Source of the DNA: Eledone cirrhosa | Taxonomy: Eukaryota | DNA: 64,000 bases | NCBI GenBank assembly: GCA_964016885.1 | Contig: OZ024757.1 | Location: 6,324,001 to 6,388,000, forward strand | Direction of reading: 5' to 3' | Part shown: positions 29,873 through 46,960 of the stretch, piece after piece | How positions within the stretch are numbered: the first letter of the stretch is position 1 | How the letters are laid out: each line of letters opens with the position of its first letter | Notes under the pieces: model-generated | Database searches by the model: none | What the model saw: the letters and a program-made list of their open reading frames with translations, nothing else | What the model was told of the DNA's origin: nothing | Position numbers and translations under genes: made by a program

Positions 29873-32647
29873 ATGATAAATAATATGTATATAGTGTATG
29901 TGCTACATATACACTATATATATATATATATATATAATATGTATATAGTGTACATGCTACATATACACAAAATATACACTATATATATATATATGTATAT
30001 AGTGTACGTGCTACATATACACAAAATATACACTATATATTTATATAAATACTATGTATATAATATGTGTGCTACATATACACAATATATATACATATAA
30101 ATAATATGTATATGCTATATATATACACTATATATATATATATAAATACTATGTATATAGTGTATGTACCACATATACACAATATATACACTATATATAT
30201 ATAAATACTATGTATATAGTGTATGTAGCACATATACACAATATATACACTATATATATATCATCATCATCGTTTAACGTCCATATTCCACGCTTGCATG
30301 GGTTTGGACGGGAGTTTTCCCACTTGAGGCAAGAGTGGTTGTCTTGCTAGCATAGGACTGTCTGGCGGGTTTTCTACGGCTGGATGCCCTTCCTAACACC
30401 AACCACATTTACAGTGTGGGGCTGGGAGTTTTTTACCGTGTTGCCTACACGGCCACATTACGGCGTGCACTGTGTGTTTTTTTGTCGTGACACCTACACG
30501 ACCTCATTTGTTTCGGCCTGGATGTTGTGGCACCAACATAACTTTACATTGAAAGGGGTGGTGGGGGTGATGTGACGGGGGTGTATTTTGTTAGCGATGC
30601 CTACTGACTGTAGAAGGTTTACTTTGTATTTAGGTAAGGCGGGTCTTCTCTATTACTGAGTATATATATATAAATACTATGTATATAGTGTATAGTATAT
30701 ACACAATATATACACTATATATAAATACTGCATATATAAAGTATATGCTACATATAGACAATATATAAACTATATATATACTACATACACATTATATATA
30801 ATGTTGTCCAAGGGAATAGCTGAAACAGCTTGGTACCAATGACATCATAGATCATCATTTAATGTCAACTTTCCCTGCTAGCAAGGGTGGAACAGGTCTT
30901 TACAAACCAGGGGGCAGTGGTTATTCTACATTCTACTGACTGTATTTTATTGTGGCACCAGTACTAAAGAGGTTGTCATGTCTTTGACAGAGCTGAAGAG
31001 TCCTCCTAAACCTTTGTTTGGCAAGAGAAGAAAGTTGTAAAGTATTTTCAAATGTGAATTATTTCTAAAAAAAGTCATAATTTGAACTGTCATGAAAGTA
31101 CCATCAACAAATATTAAAGTTATAAAATTGTATTTATTTACACATAAATGTGGATATTTTGTCATAAATATAAACATAAACCAGTTAGTGTTTGTAAAAT
31201 AAACACATATAAACACATCAATCTTGTTTTGTTTTTCTTGCACTGATGGAGTCATAGGGGTGTCACTGTGGACATTTGAAACTTGGTGGAGCCCTTCACT
31301 CACCAGGTTGGAACAGGTGATTTCTTCCAGAGAATGAGAGAGAGGAAGTGAGAAAGAAATATAGAGAGGAAGAACAGACCCCAGTGGTAGACTGGTACTT
31401 TTTTGTTATCAACCTTGAATGGATGAAAGGCAAAGTTGACCTCAGCAGGATTTAAACCCAGAGCAGAGAACCAGAACAAATATGGCAGAAAGCATTCCAT
31501 CCATTGTTTTATAGACTTTAAATAAATGTTTCTACTTTTAAATCAACCCCAGTGCATTACTGGTACTTTTTTAAACCCAGAACATAAAGAGCTGTAACTA
31601 TATGACACAAAGCATATCGTCTGACACTCTACTGATTCTGCCAATCCACCACCATCACCAATAAAATAAGATTGTGTCTCTATAAGAAACCTTAATGACA
31701 AATATGAAGTAGAACATTCTACAGAGTGTATTTGTGGATTACAATACAAAACCTGAGAATAATTTCCAACATATTTCACCATAATAAATGTTCATTAATA
31801 TATATTATTATTTCGTGGCATTCTTGAGATCATTAATCCCTACCTGAACATCCCTAGACATCTGATCTATGTAGGTCATTTTCAGTCATCTCACTAGGGT
31901 CTTACTATGTTTAGGTATCCACCACAGGAGCCAGCTCATCAATTCATTGGTAGGAATGTCTGGCATATATTGTCCTTCGCTCCCTAGATATTGTAGTAAT
32001 CTTCAATATATGGCAGTATACTTCTTCCATTTGATAGAGTATATATATATAGATGCATATGAAGGATGACAGCTGCATTAAAAGGTGCAGAGCACTAAAT
32101 GTCACTGGAAGCCATGGAGTGGGGAGATCCAGGAAGACGCGGGATGAGGTGATAAAAGCTGACCTTGCCCAATTGCACCTCTCAAAAGCGATGACGCAGG
32201 ACGGTGCCCTCTGGCATCATGAAGTAATACAAAAGACCCGACTACAAGCCGAAGCTGAAGCATATAGCCAAATATGTACCCATCCCCACCCACTGCAAAG
32301 TGGTTGACAAAATATCACCCAGCCCACATTGTAAAGTGGCTGTGTAGACACCATGGTAAAAAAAGCACTTAGCCCTCACAGTAAATGAGGTTTTGTGTTA
32401 GGAAGGACATCAAGCTGTAGAAGTCAAACCAAAATCAGTTCCCATATGAGCAAGACAAGGTCACCCGACCTGGCATTGCCCACAACAGGACAACCCATCT
32501 ACATTATGCTAGCATGGAAGAATGGACGTAAAACGGTGATGATGATAAGTATAAGATAAGGATTTTTCAAGCTTCACATTGTATATTCTTCCTTCCAGAG
32601 TGTGTCTGTATAGTTGTGTGTTTCACATTTCACAGTGATGGGGTTTA

Positions 32648-33741
<1,094 letters not shown>

Positions 33742-34683
33742 ATTTCTAGCTAGTGATCTTTACATAAAGAATTCTCACTACTTTTACTGATACATTAAGG
33801 AATGTAGGTATGCTATATAGTCTAATATACAAAGGGTCCATAAAAGATTGCAGAACTCGGCTTTCTTCTTCTACAAATTAGCATTTAGTTGGTACAGTAA
33901 TAAGACATATGTCAGCATAAGACTGATCTTGGATGAAGAAAAGGCAAGTGCTTATATATATGTGTGTGTGTGTGGAATATACCACTATTATTATTGTTAA
34001 GGTGAGAGAAGCTCTATTCACAATAAAATCCTCAGCTCATAAAACAGACGAATAAGACTTCTATAGTTAAGGTTCTTGTTATTGAGGACAGTTCAGGTGA
34101 CAAGAGGATTAATATCAATAATTTCAAAAGATGAAGGTTAATATATATACATATATATATATATATACAGACATACAGTGCGTAGGTATGAGAGAGAGAA
34201 ATAGATGTGTGTGTGTGTGTAGAAATATGTGTGTAGGTGTTGTAATAAATCAAGATATTTCACTTCAGATAGAAAAGTTCACAATGATTGTGTTGTGGTG
34301 GAAAATGAAATAATACGTACTTTAGTTGTCAAGACCAAATATAAAGTCAAGAAAAGTTAGTAAAAACTAAATGTTCACTGATTTCTGATTAAAATAATAT
34401 TTTCCTGTCCTGTAAAATGTTGAACAACCACTTCAATATTTAATAATACAGGTGATAAAACAACAACTATAAGGTAAATATGTCACCTTATATTATTTAC
34501 AAACATTAACGTCCACCTTAATATGAAATAATCACCATAAAAGATAAAATTAGATGAGGTTTAAGTTGTAACAATGGAGCTGATATAAATGGTAATATTT
34601 CACCGTCTAGTTGACACCGGTGTCATCACTTAAAAGTCCCCCACATAATTTAATACATTCAGAAACAACTTCCGTTATATGAA

Positions 34684-34826
34684 CTAGCAGAAAACCACCC
34701 GAAGGGAGCATGTGTAGTGTGTATATTGATATTATACGCAGGTATATATGATACATGTATATATATGCCTGCGTATAATATCAATATACACACTACACAT
34801 GCTACCTTCGGGTGGTTTTCTGCTAG
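34684..34826. repeat. 143 bp near-perfect palindrome bounded by CTAG
   Basis: ~58 bp arms with one mismatch. A third direct copy of part of the arm follows. Confidence 0.9.
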
Positions 34827-36579
34827 CATGTGTAGTGTGTATATTGATATTATACGCAAGTATATAAATATACAGGTAGATATGATACATCAAATAAAAT
34901 CGTAATTGACAATATATAATCGTTTCTACGTTAGGCACAAGTCCAGCAAACAACCAGTGTATTACTGGTACTTTATTTTATCGACCCCGTAAGGATGAAA
35001 GGCAAAGTTAACATCGGCGGGATTTGAACTCAGAATGGCAAGGGGCGTAACTCTATGCGTCAAAGCATGGCGTCCGACCCTCTACCAATACTGCCAATCC
35101 ACCGCCTTGACAATATATAATACACAGAAATTGAACAAAGACTGTGTTACACTGTCTTATGTAATCAGTAACGTAATCCATGATACATTAAAAAAGACGA
35201 TATTATATATAAACTGCATTAGGAGAAAATTAGTGACAGAAAATTAATAGTTTATTGAAGTGATGGCTAACCGGAAGTGTTGACATTTCAGAAATCTTAA
35301 AGAAGTGAATTTTTAAACAAACAAAATATATTTAATCAACAGCCACGAAATTTAGTAGATAAATTATGTAATATTCATTCATTATTTATTCAAAGTAATC
35401 CAACTTATTTTACTAATGGGATAAACAATTATAAACTGTACGCAGTCCCACGCTCCTCCTTTTATTATAGTTTAGATTCATACGTTCAATAGATATGCTA
35501 GTACTTTATTCAGATTTGAATAAATAACGTTATTAATTTTATATAACTGTTCATATTAAACCAAAACACATTATTAAAGGTAATAAAATATTTAAGTAAT
35601 GAAAAAAAAAAAAACGAATCAAACAACGAAAATAATTTTTTCTACTTTTGGCACAAGGCCAGCAATTATTCCAGTGTATTACTGGTACTTTATTTTATCG
35701 ACCTCGTAAGGATGAAAGGCAAAGTTAACCTCGGCGGGATTTGAACTCAGATCATAAAGGGAGGTAACTCTATGCTACAAAGCTTGGCGTCCGACGCTCT
35801 ACCAACACTGCCAATCCAACGAAATTAACGGGAGAGGGACAGACTTTATATTTCAGTCTGAGCTGTGATTCAGCCCCACCCTACAGACAAAATGGCAAAG
35901 GTGTTACCACAGAGAATAGCCAGAGTCGCCCACTGCAACATCCTCATGGGACTCCTTCCTCCAGGGGGCTGCTGTCTTTCTAATTTTGAGGAGGAAATCA
36001 GCAGTGTGGGGACAAATAGGAAGTGGTTTGTCAGGCCCCAGTATATAACTATCTCCCTTTTCTCTCTATTGCAGGTAGTAAAGCCTGGGTTTGTGGCTGC
36101 AGTGAAAATGTTGGAGGCAGAGAATGATCCAACCCATGCTAAACCTCCAACTAAAGCTGATACTTGTCTTTTTCAGCTGTAGAGATTAGAGACATGATGT
36201 GTCTTGCTTAAGGACACAATGTACCTCCCTAACTGACAATTGAAAACATGATATTACCATATGTTGTATGACTTCACTATACAATATATATGTGTTTGTA
36301 TACATATATATAGTATATATTTGTGTATACATTGTCTCATTCCATGAAAGTAACTTGGTCAGTCTATGAACTTCTCATCCGACCCTTCTATATGTATATA
36401 CATGTTTGTCAGTGTGTGTGTACATATGTATATAGAATATTGTCACAACTACTATATACACCACATATACACTATATATAATATTGTCCAATATATATAG
36501 ACTATATGTCATGTTGTCCAAGGGAAAGGCTGATATAGATCAGCACCAGTGACATTACAACTATTATATACACTATATA

Positions 36580-38470
36580 TCATCATCATCATTATCATTT
36601 AATGTCTATCTTCCACGCTAGCATGGGTTAGACGGGAATTGTCCCACTTGAGGCAAGATTGATTGGGTGACCGTGTCTCGCTCGTATAGGACTGTATCTG
36701 GCAGGTTTTCTACAGCTGGATGCCCTTCCTAACACCAACCACATTTCCAGTGTGGACTGGGAGTCTTTTCGTGATGTCACCTACACTACCTCTTTAGTTT
36801 GGACTGGATGTTGTGGCACCAACATAACTTTACAGAGACAGGGTAGTGTTGGTGGGAAGATGGAGTAGGGGTTGTGGGTTGGGGTGTATATTTGGTTAGG
36901 AGGGGCCTACTGACTGTAGGTTAACTTTGCACGTAGGGAAGGCAGGTCTTCTCTGTTGCTGTGTGGTGCCATATATCTCAATCCAGTGACATTGTCTAAG
37001 AGAGGTGTAAGTGTGTAAGGTTGGATTTTATGTCGTCCCAGGTTTTTCTGGGTCTACCTACTCCATAACTTCCATCAATTTTGATCTCCCTGCACTTTTT
37101 TATAAAGCTGTCATCTTTCATGTGCATCACATGACCATACCAATGTAATCTTCTCTCAAGTAAACAGCATCTGATCCCTCTTATTCCTAATTCTCACTTA
37201 GTTTGTTTATGTTTTGCCGTTCATGTATATTACACGTCCAACGGAGCATGCATACCTCATTCCTTTCCAATCTGTGCAGGTCCTCTGCACACAATGCCCA
37301 TGTTTCACTGCCATGTAGCATTGCTGTTCGTATGCAGGCATCATACAATCTGCCTTTCATTTTTAGAGAGAAACTTTTTGTGTCTAGCAGCAGTATTAGC
37401 TCTCTGAACTTTTTCCATCCCATTCTAACTCTGGCTACTACACTTTCAGAGCACCCTCCCGCACTCTGATTTTGTCACCCAGGCAATGGAAAGTGTCCAC
37501 TATTTCTATAGAACCATCTGGGCAGTAGAAGGTGCTAGTATCCTGTGGGTACTTGCTGCTTATTTCACCTGAGCATCGGCCACATATAAAATCTAGATTC
37601 TTAGATAGCTTACTTGTGATCTCACTACATCTTTTATGTACCCATAGTTTGTATTTGTGGCATAGAATGGAATTTCTACCTACTCCTTTCCTACACACTG
37701 AGCATGGCACCGGTGCCCTATTTTCTTTTCTACATACTAGACATTTAGTCTTAGACAAGTTAACTTTAAGGCCTTTTGATTCTAGGCGATGCTTCCATTT
37801 TTGGAATTTCTTCTGTAGTTCAGCCATAGATTCGGCTAGGAGAGTTAGATCATCTGAATATAGAAGTTCCCGTGGGCAGCTGGTCTTAAACCCCTCTGTT
37901 ATAGCCTGAAGGGCAATAATAAACAGGACGAAGCTAAGGATGGGGCCTTGGTGAACCCCTACTTTTACACTAAATTCTTCACTATATTCATTGTTAATTC
38001 TAACCTTGCTGACTGTTCCTCTATACATGGCTTGTATAGCTCTCACAAGCCATTCATTTACTCCTAGTTTTCTAAGGGTCCACCAGATAATGGAGTGTGG
38101 GACTCTGTCAAAGGCTTTCTCCAAGTCAACAAAAGCTAAGTATAAGGGGTTTACTTTTAACTGGGTACTTCTCCTGTAGTTGCTGTACATGGAAAATAGC
38201 ATCTGTGGTACTTTTTACCTGGCACGAACCCAAACTACATTTCATCTTGATCAATTCTGTCTCTGATTAGTTGTGCTATAACTCTTTCTGTGACCTTCAT
38301 GACCTGGTCAACTACCTTAATGCCTCTATAGTTTCCTCTATTTAGAGCATCTCCTTTGCCCTTGTAGCAGTTAACGATGATGCTGCTACGCCAGTCATTT
38401 GGTATGACCCCATTCTGTATTACTTGTATACTATCTGGGTGTCCACAGTATGTCCCACCATTCCAGATAC
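36580..38470 (-). mobile_element. RTE LINE (RT, PHD-like insert, 3' UTR), degenerate
   Basis: FVDLEKAFDRVP, GVHQG, YSDD, CSVC..HKRC..CGRC motifs. (CAT)n tail at 36580. Confidence 0.9.
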
Positions 38471-38509
38471 TTTCAGCATCTCAACAGTGGCCCTATTCTA
38501 TATTTATAA

Positions 38510-40200
38510 AAGAAGTAGGCATAAACTCTACAGAATGTACACAATGTAAATCTTGGATACACAAGTGATGTAGTGGGATATCGGGTTGGCTAACAGGAAG
38601 GGAAGAGTTTGTATGTAAAAGATACACAGGAGTAATTGAGGAGAAGTGTGTCAATGATATAAGCCTATTCCAATGACGGGAAGGATCCATAGAAGTGGTT
38701 GACAGCTTCTGTTATCTAGGTGACATAATTAGTAGCAGAGGAGGGTACCCTGAGAACATAATAGCTAGAATAAGGAGAGGATGGGGGAAGTTTAGAAAGC
38801 TACTCCCACTGTTGATAAAAGTTTCCTCCCTATGTACAAAAGGATGACTGTATGATGTCTGTGTATGAATTGTGGTGCTACATGGTAGTGAAACATGGGT
38901 AGTGACTGCAGAGGACGTGGTGCTACATGGTAGTGAAACATGGGCTGTAACTGCAGAGGATATGTGGTGCTACATGGTAGTGAAACATGGGCAGTGACTG
39001 CAGAGGATATGTGGTGCTACATGGTAGTGAAACATGGGCAGTGACTGCAGAGGACGTGGTGCTACATGGTAGTGAAACATGGGCTGTGACTGCAGAGGAT
39101 ATGTGGTTCTACATGTTTGTGAAACATGGGCTGTGACTGCAGAGGACATGTGATGCTACATGGTAGTGAAACATGGGCTGTGGCTGCAGAGGATATGCAT
39201 TGTCTTGAAAGAAATGAAGCAGCCATGCTTCAGTGGATGTGGAAGAAAGACGGGGCTTGGATGAACTGAGGGAGAAACTGGGTTTAAGAGGAATCCGAAG
39301 TGGTGTGCAAGACAGAAGACTGTGTTGGTACGGACATTTGGTGTACATAGATGATGATCATTGGGTGAAGAAGTGCCAGGGAATCCCAGTGGAATGAAGC
39401 TACAGTAGAGGTAGACCAAGAAAGACCTGGACAGAGGTGATGAAAGCTGATCTCATATTACTGAGATTCACAGAGAAGATGACAGAGGAATGGGGAAAGT
39501 GGAGAGATGTTGTGCTGAAATGGACCCATCCAACCCATGCAAGTATTGGAAATCTGTTGTAAAAAGGATAATGATGGTGATGATATATATGATGCTGTAT
39601 GCAGGAGAGGAGATTACATTGATATGGACATGTGATGTGTATAAAGAATGACAGCAGTATACAAAGATGCAGGTTACTCAAAGTTGATGGAAGCTATGGA
39701 GTAGACTTGGGGTGAGGTGATAAAAGCTGACTTTGCAAAATTACACATCTCACAAATGATGACACAGGATTGAGATATCTGGCATTATGTAGTTATACCG
39801 AGGACTTGCCCTCCAATGTGCATGGTTAAAGTATACATCTAGTATGCACATCCTACCCTACCCCTTTCACCCAATTCCCACGCCCTAACATACCTCCCTC
39901 CACCCATGTCTTAACACTCCACATACACCCAAACGCCCCACCCTTCACCAGATAAGTGCCCCACATTTGATCAATCTCCCCACCCAGCCCATAGTCGACA
40001 CTGTAATGTGATCGTCTTGGTGCCACGACAAAAAGTATCCAGTCCATACTGTAAAGTAGTGATTTTGGTGCCATGATAGTGCCCAGTCCACACTGGGCTC
40101 ATTTTGGTGATACTGAAGAAAGCACCCAGTACACACTGCAAATGGAGTTGGCGTTATGAAGGGCATTCAGTCATGGAAACCAAGATACGGTCATCTGATC
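38510..40200 (+). mobile_element. Degenerate RTE fragments with a ~40 bp tandem expansion (38870-39200)
   Basis: GTGGTGCTACATGGTAGTGAAACATGGGC..ACTGCAGAGGA repeats encode the LHGSETW motif. RTE C-terminus and 3' UTR remnants follow. Confidence 0.8.
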
Positions 40201-40559
40201 TGAATTGGGGTTGATTTAATCAACTTTGCCCCTCTCCTAAATCTGCTGCTCTTGAGCCTAATTTACAAATCAATAGAGATTTAACTAGTTTTAGCAAATA
40301 ATATTTGTTGCTTCATATTTCTTGAAACATTTCTTATAATTGACTGTGACTAACAACAATCAGTAAACTATACCATCAATACCCCCAATGATACAAACCT
40401 GGACAGTGTGGGAGAATTCTCTCTGGCATGGAGAACATTAGGTACCAGCTACCTTGTGGTCCCAGGAGAGGACAGAATGGTGAAAGGGGGTTACCCTAGA
40501 GGACAGCAAGTGAGATGTGTTGAAATAGCTTTTGAAATTTGTGGGGCTCTCACCTGTGT

Positions 40560-41212
40560 GTGGCCAACTCCACCCTGATAACAGTTAGTAGGGATGTAGT
40601 TTAGGGACCAAGTCTGACAATTGTCTCCACCACTATAGTTTAACAAGACACTCCTGTGGGTGGTTAACTCCACCCTGATAACAGTTAGTAGGGAGGTGGT
40701 TTAGGGACCAAGTCTGACAATTGTCTCCACCACTATAGTTTAACAAGACACTCCTGTGTGTTGCTAACTCCACCCTGATAACAGTTAGTAGGGAGGTGTT
40801 ATAGGGACCAAGTCTGACAATTGTCTCCACCACTATAGTTTAACAAGACACTCCTGTGTGTTGTTAACTCCACCCTGATAACAGTTAGTAGGGAGGTGGT
40901 ATAGGGATCAAGTCTGACAATTGTCTCCACCACTATAGTTTAACAAGACACTGCTGTGTGTTGCTAACTCGACCCTGATAACAGTTAGTAGGGAGGTGTT
41001 ATAGGGACCAAGTCTGACAATTGTCTCCACCACTATAGTTTAACAAGACACTCCTGTGGGTGGCCAACTCCACCCTGATAACAGTTAGTAGGGAGGTAGT
41101 ATAGGGACCAAGTCTGACAATTGTCTCCACCACTATAGTTTAACAAGACACTCCTGTGGGTGGCTAACTCCACCCTGATAACAGTTAGTAGGGAGGTGGT
41201 ATAGGGACCAAG
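40560..41212. repeat. 100 bp minisatellite, ~6.5 copies
   Basis: AACTCCACCCTGATAACAGTTAGTAGGG... recurs every 100 bp. Confidence 0.95.
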
Positions 41213-41440
41213 AACGCCAGAAATCTCCATTACTACAAGTTCAACAACAAACAACTAATACTTCAACAGTTTGTGATATTTTGTGACTAAGTTTTCATTT
41301 TTCTTGTTACTTTAGGGAAACAATGATACCACCAAAGTTAGTGGCCCTATAACCAGGATATTGTCAAATTTCTAAATTTCAGTTGTAAAATATACGAAGA
41401 GTGATAGAATTTCAATGATTTTAAACAATATTGAAGTGTT

Positions 41441-42516
41441 TGTGTTAGATGTATTAAAACTACTTACAAGATGATATCATTACATATGGTGTTAATAACA
41501 GAGATTTAGATGGGTGTTAGATGTATTAAAACTACTTACAATATGGTATCATTATATATAGTGTTAATAACAGAGATTTAGATGGGTGTTAGATGTATTA
41601 AAACTACTAACAAGATGATATCATTACATATGGTGTTAATAACAGAGATTTAGATGGGTGTTAGATGTATTAAAACTACTTACAAGATGATATCATTACA
41701 TATGGTGTTAATAACAGAGATTTAGATGGGTGTTAGATGTATTAAAACTACTTACAAGATAATATCATTACATATAGTGTTAATAACAGAGATTTAGATG
41801 GGTGTTAGATGTATTAAAACTACTTACAAGATGGTATCATTACATATGGTGTTAATAACAGAGATTTAGATAGGTGTTAGATGTATTAAAACTACTTACA
41901 AGGTGATATCATTACATATGGTGTTAATAACAGAGATTTAGATAGGTGTTAGATGTATTAAAACTACTTACAAGGTGATATCATTACATATAGTGTTAAT
42001 AACAGAGATTTAGATAGGTGTTAGATGTATTAAAACTACTTACAAGATGATATCATTACATACGGTGTTAATAACAGAGATTTAGATGGGTGCTAGATGT
42101 ATTAAAACTACTAACAAGATGATATCATTACATATGGTGTTAATAACAGAGATTTAGATGGGTGTTAGATGTATTAAAACTACTTACAAGGTGATATCAT
42201 TATATATGGTGTTAATAACAGAGATTTAGATGGGTATTAGATGTATTAAAACTACTTACAAGATGATATTATTACATATGGTGTTAATAGCAGAGATGTA
42301 GATGGGTGTTAGATGTATTAAAACTACTTACAAGATATCATTACATCTGGTGTTAATAACAGAGATTTAGATGGGTGTTAGATGTATTAAAACTACTTAC
42401 AAGATGATATCATTACATATGGTGTTAATAACAGAGATTTAGATAGGTGTTCGATGTATTAAAACTACTTACAAATGATATCATTACATGTGGTGTTAAT
42501 AACAGAGATTTAGATG
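41441..42516. repeat. 60 bp minisatellite, ~18 copies
   Basis: GTGTTAGATGTATTAAAACTACTTACAAGATGATATCATTACATATGGTGTTAATAACAGAGATTTAGATGG-type periodic unit. Confidence 0.9.
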
Positions 42517-42890
42517 GCAAAATAAAAAAAAGTTTGAAGTTAGACTTGATAAATTCCTTGAATGTAATTTTTTTATTAACAACAAATAGAATGAAATTTT
42601 GGACATAAATACAATTTATAAAATTAATTATGAAAAATTAATAAATTATATACAAAACAATGAAATCAATAAAAAAAAAAGTGAGTCAAAAAGAAAATGT
42701 TGTATAACAGAGAATGTTGATTTTACCCTCTAAAATTTCTGAGACTAGACACACACAGCATTACCTCAGGTGATAGAGGGCTCTTCCATTACACATTACA
42801 ACAGGGAATGTTGGTGTAGGCCTCTAAAAATTATCATAGCAGAGAAGACATTACCTCAGGTGATAGAGGGTCCCTTAATTACACACTACA

Positions 42891-44135
<1,245 letters not shown>

Positions 44136-44704
44136 AGTAATTGTTGGAGAATTCTTCGCAGTTCTGTAGATATGTGACTGTGTAAGACTGATGTTGGTAT
44201 AAGAAAGTGTAAGAGAGAGAGTGTGTGTTTGTGTCTTAATAAATCGGGATTATTCACCACGGAGTGTAGAAAAGTACACAATATCTGCTGTGTTAACAAT
44301 ACAAATGATACGTACTTTATATTTCAAGTTCAAGTGTAAAGTCAGGAAAGACCAGGGAAGCTAATTGTTCAGATGTTGGTGATTTAAACCTATTTCTCAC
44401 TGTCCTGTAAAATGTGGAGCAACCAATTAACGATGTAGTGTAGTTTCACATGAAAGGAAATATTTAATCATGTAGGAGATGGAACACCTACCCTGGAACA
44501 TGGAGCTCACTCTATGTTATCTACAAAATATTAACTTTCACCTTAACATGAGATTATTGCTATACAAGATATAATTAGATTAATTAAAGTTATAATTAAG
44601 ATAGCAGGTACGTGGTGTTGTTGACAATGTTTCCCCGCTCTTAAATAAAACCGGTGTCATACGTTAAAAGTCCCTGACATAATTTAATTCCTTCAGAAAG
44701 ACCT

Positions 44705-46190
44705 TCATCATCATCATCATCATCATCATCAACGTTTAACGTCCGTGTTCCACGCTTGCATGGGTTTGGACGGGGGTAGTCCCACTTGAGGCAAGAGTGG
44801 TTGTCTTGCTCGCATAGGACTGTCTGGCAGGTTTTCTACTGTTGGATGCCCTTCCTAACACCAACCACATTTACAGTGTGGGTCTGGGAGGTTTTTACCG
44901 TGTTGCCTACACGGCCACATTACAGCGTGGACTGTGTGTTTTTTTGTCGTGACACCTACACGATCTCATTTGTTTCGGCCTGGGTGGCGCGGTACCAACA
45001 TAACTTTACATAGAACGGGGTGGTGTGGTGGTGGGACGGGGTGTATTTTGTTAGAGATGCCTACTGGCAAGGCGGGTCTTCTCTGTTACTGAGTACCGCC
45101 AAAGGTCTCGGTCCAGTGACATTGTCTTTGAGAGGTGTAAGTGTGTGAGGTCGGAGTTTATCAGCTCGTCCCAGGCTTTTCTAGGTCTGCCTATTCCGTG
45201 GCTACCGTCTATCTTTATTGCCCTGCACTTTGTTATACAGCTATCGACTTTCATAAGCATCACATGTCCATACCAACGTAGCCTTCTCTCGAGTAAACAA
45301 CATCTGATCCCTCTTATCTCTAATTTTTTCCTTAGTTCGTTTATGCTTTGCCGTTCACGTATATTACTGTTACACATCCAGCGGAGCATGCAAGCTTCGT
45401 TCCTCTCTAGTCTGCGTATATCCTCTGCACACAATGCCCAGGTCTCACTGCCATGCAACATTGCTGTTCGTATGCAGGCATCGTACAACCTGCCTTTCAT
45501 TTTTAGGGAGAACCCTTTCGCAGCTAATAGTGGTATAAGCTCTCTGAACTTTTTCCAACCAGTTCTGACTCTAGCTACTGTACTTTCAGAGCACCCTCCC
45601 CCACTGCTGATTTTATCGCCCAGGTAACGGAAGCTGTCCACTATTTCTATAGAACCCTCTGCGCAATTGAAAGAGCTAGTATTTTGTGGGCACTTGCTGC
45701 TACTTATTGCACCAGAACACCGCCCACATGTAAAATCTAAGTTCTTAGTTAGCTTACCTGTGATTCCACTACATCTTTTATGCATCCATACTTTGCATTT
45801 AGGACATAAAATGGAGTTTCTACCTACGCCTTTCCTACACACCGAGCACGACCACTTCCCAGAAGGGACCGCCGCCTTGTTTTCTTTCCTACAAACTAGA
45901 ACTTTAGTCTTAGCCAGGTTAATTTTAAGTCCTTTTGATTCTAGGCCGTGCTTCCATGTTTGGAATTTCTTCTCTAGCTCGGCCATTGATTCAGCTATGA
46001 GTGTCAGGTCGTCTGCGTATAGGAGTTCCCATGGGCAGCCGGTCTTGAACTCCTCTGTTATAGCCTGAAGGGCAATAATAAATAGTAGGGGGCTGAGAAC
46101 AGAGCCCTGATGGACGCCAACTTTTACGCTAAACTCTTCACTATATTCGTTGTTAATTCTAACCTTGCTGACTGTTTCTTTATACATGGC
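44705..46190 (-). mobile_element. 5'-truncated, well-preserved RTE LINE; ORF 45051-46187 open (RT C-half, PHD-like finger, C-terminus)
   Basis: GVHQGSVLSPLLF, LLYADD, YLG, HGSETW, RRLRWYGHV, GRPRKAW motifs. 3' UTR and (TGA)n tail. Confidence 0.93.
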
Positions 46191-46597
46191 TTATCAATTC
46201 ACTCCATCAATTGTATCCAACCATTGGTAAAACAAACAACATCTTCCAGTAAAATATTTATTACGTAACAACGAGGGAGTCTCTTACCTGGTTACTTGAC
46301 CTGGTAGAAATAGCAGCCAACACACACTCTAAAGTCTTAAAGTAAAGGAATTACACATTTCGTGACTCGACAGGTTTGCGGTCGTGCCCTTGGCAGTAGG
46401 GACTTCCGGTGTCCTTGGCCCTAGGGCTACTTCCCTACCTACCACCATAGAAACAGAGTTTACTACCCGCAGAGAGACTCTTACCTAGTAGCTTGACGTG
46501 TTAGAAATAGCAGCCAAATATCATTCTCTACTGTCTTACGGCAGCAAAGACGATGTTCTACGATTTAGTCACACACACACACACGTATGTGTGTATA

Positions 46598-46680
<83 letters not shown>

Positions 46681-46960
46681 GTCTGTATATAAGCCACTAA
46701 CTCTAAATAAAAATCGCCCATATCCTCCAGTTTAAAACACTGGAGGAAGACATTGAGTCGTTTAGTCATATATATATATATATATATATGTTAATATTTT
46801 GAATTAATATTAATAACTCCGGAAAACCAAAACTGTGGAGTGCTTCTAATCTATTGTAAAACTTTATTCATTGATTTATTCATTGAACCTTGTTTAACCT
46901 TTAAATATATATATGACTAAACGATGTGATAAAAACCACAGACCCTCCATCTCAACTCTA

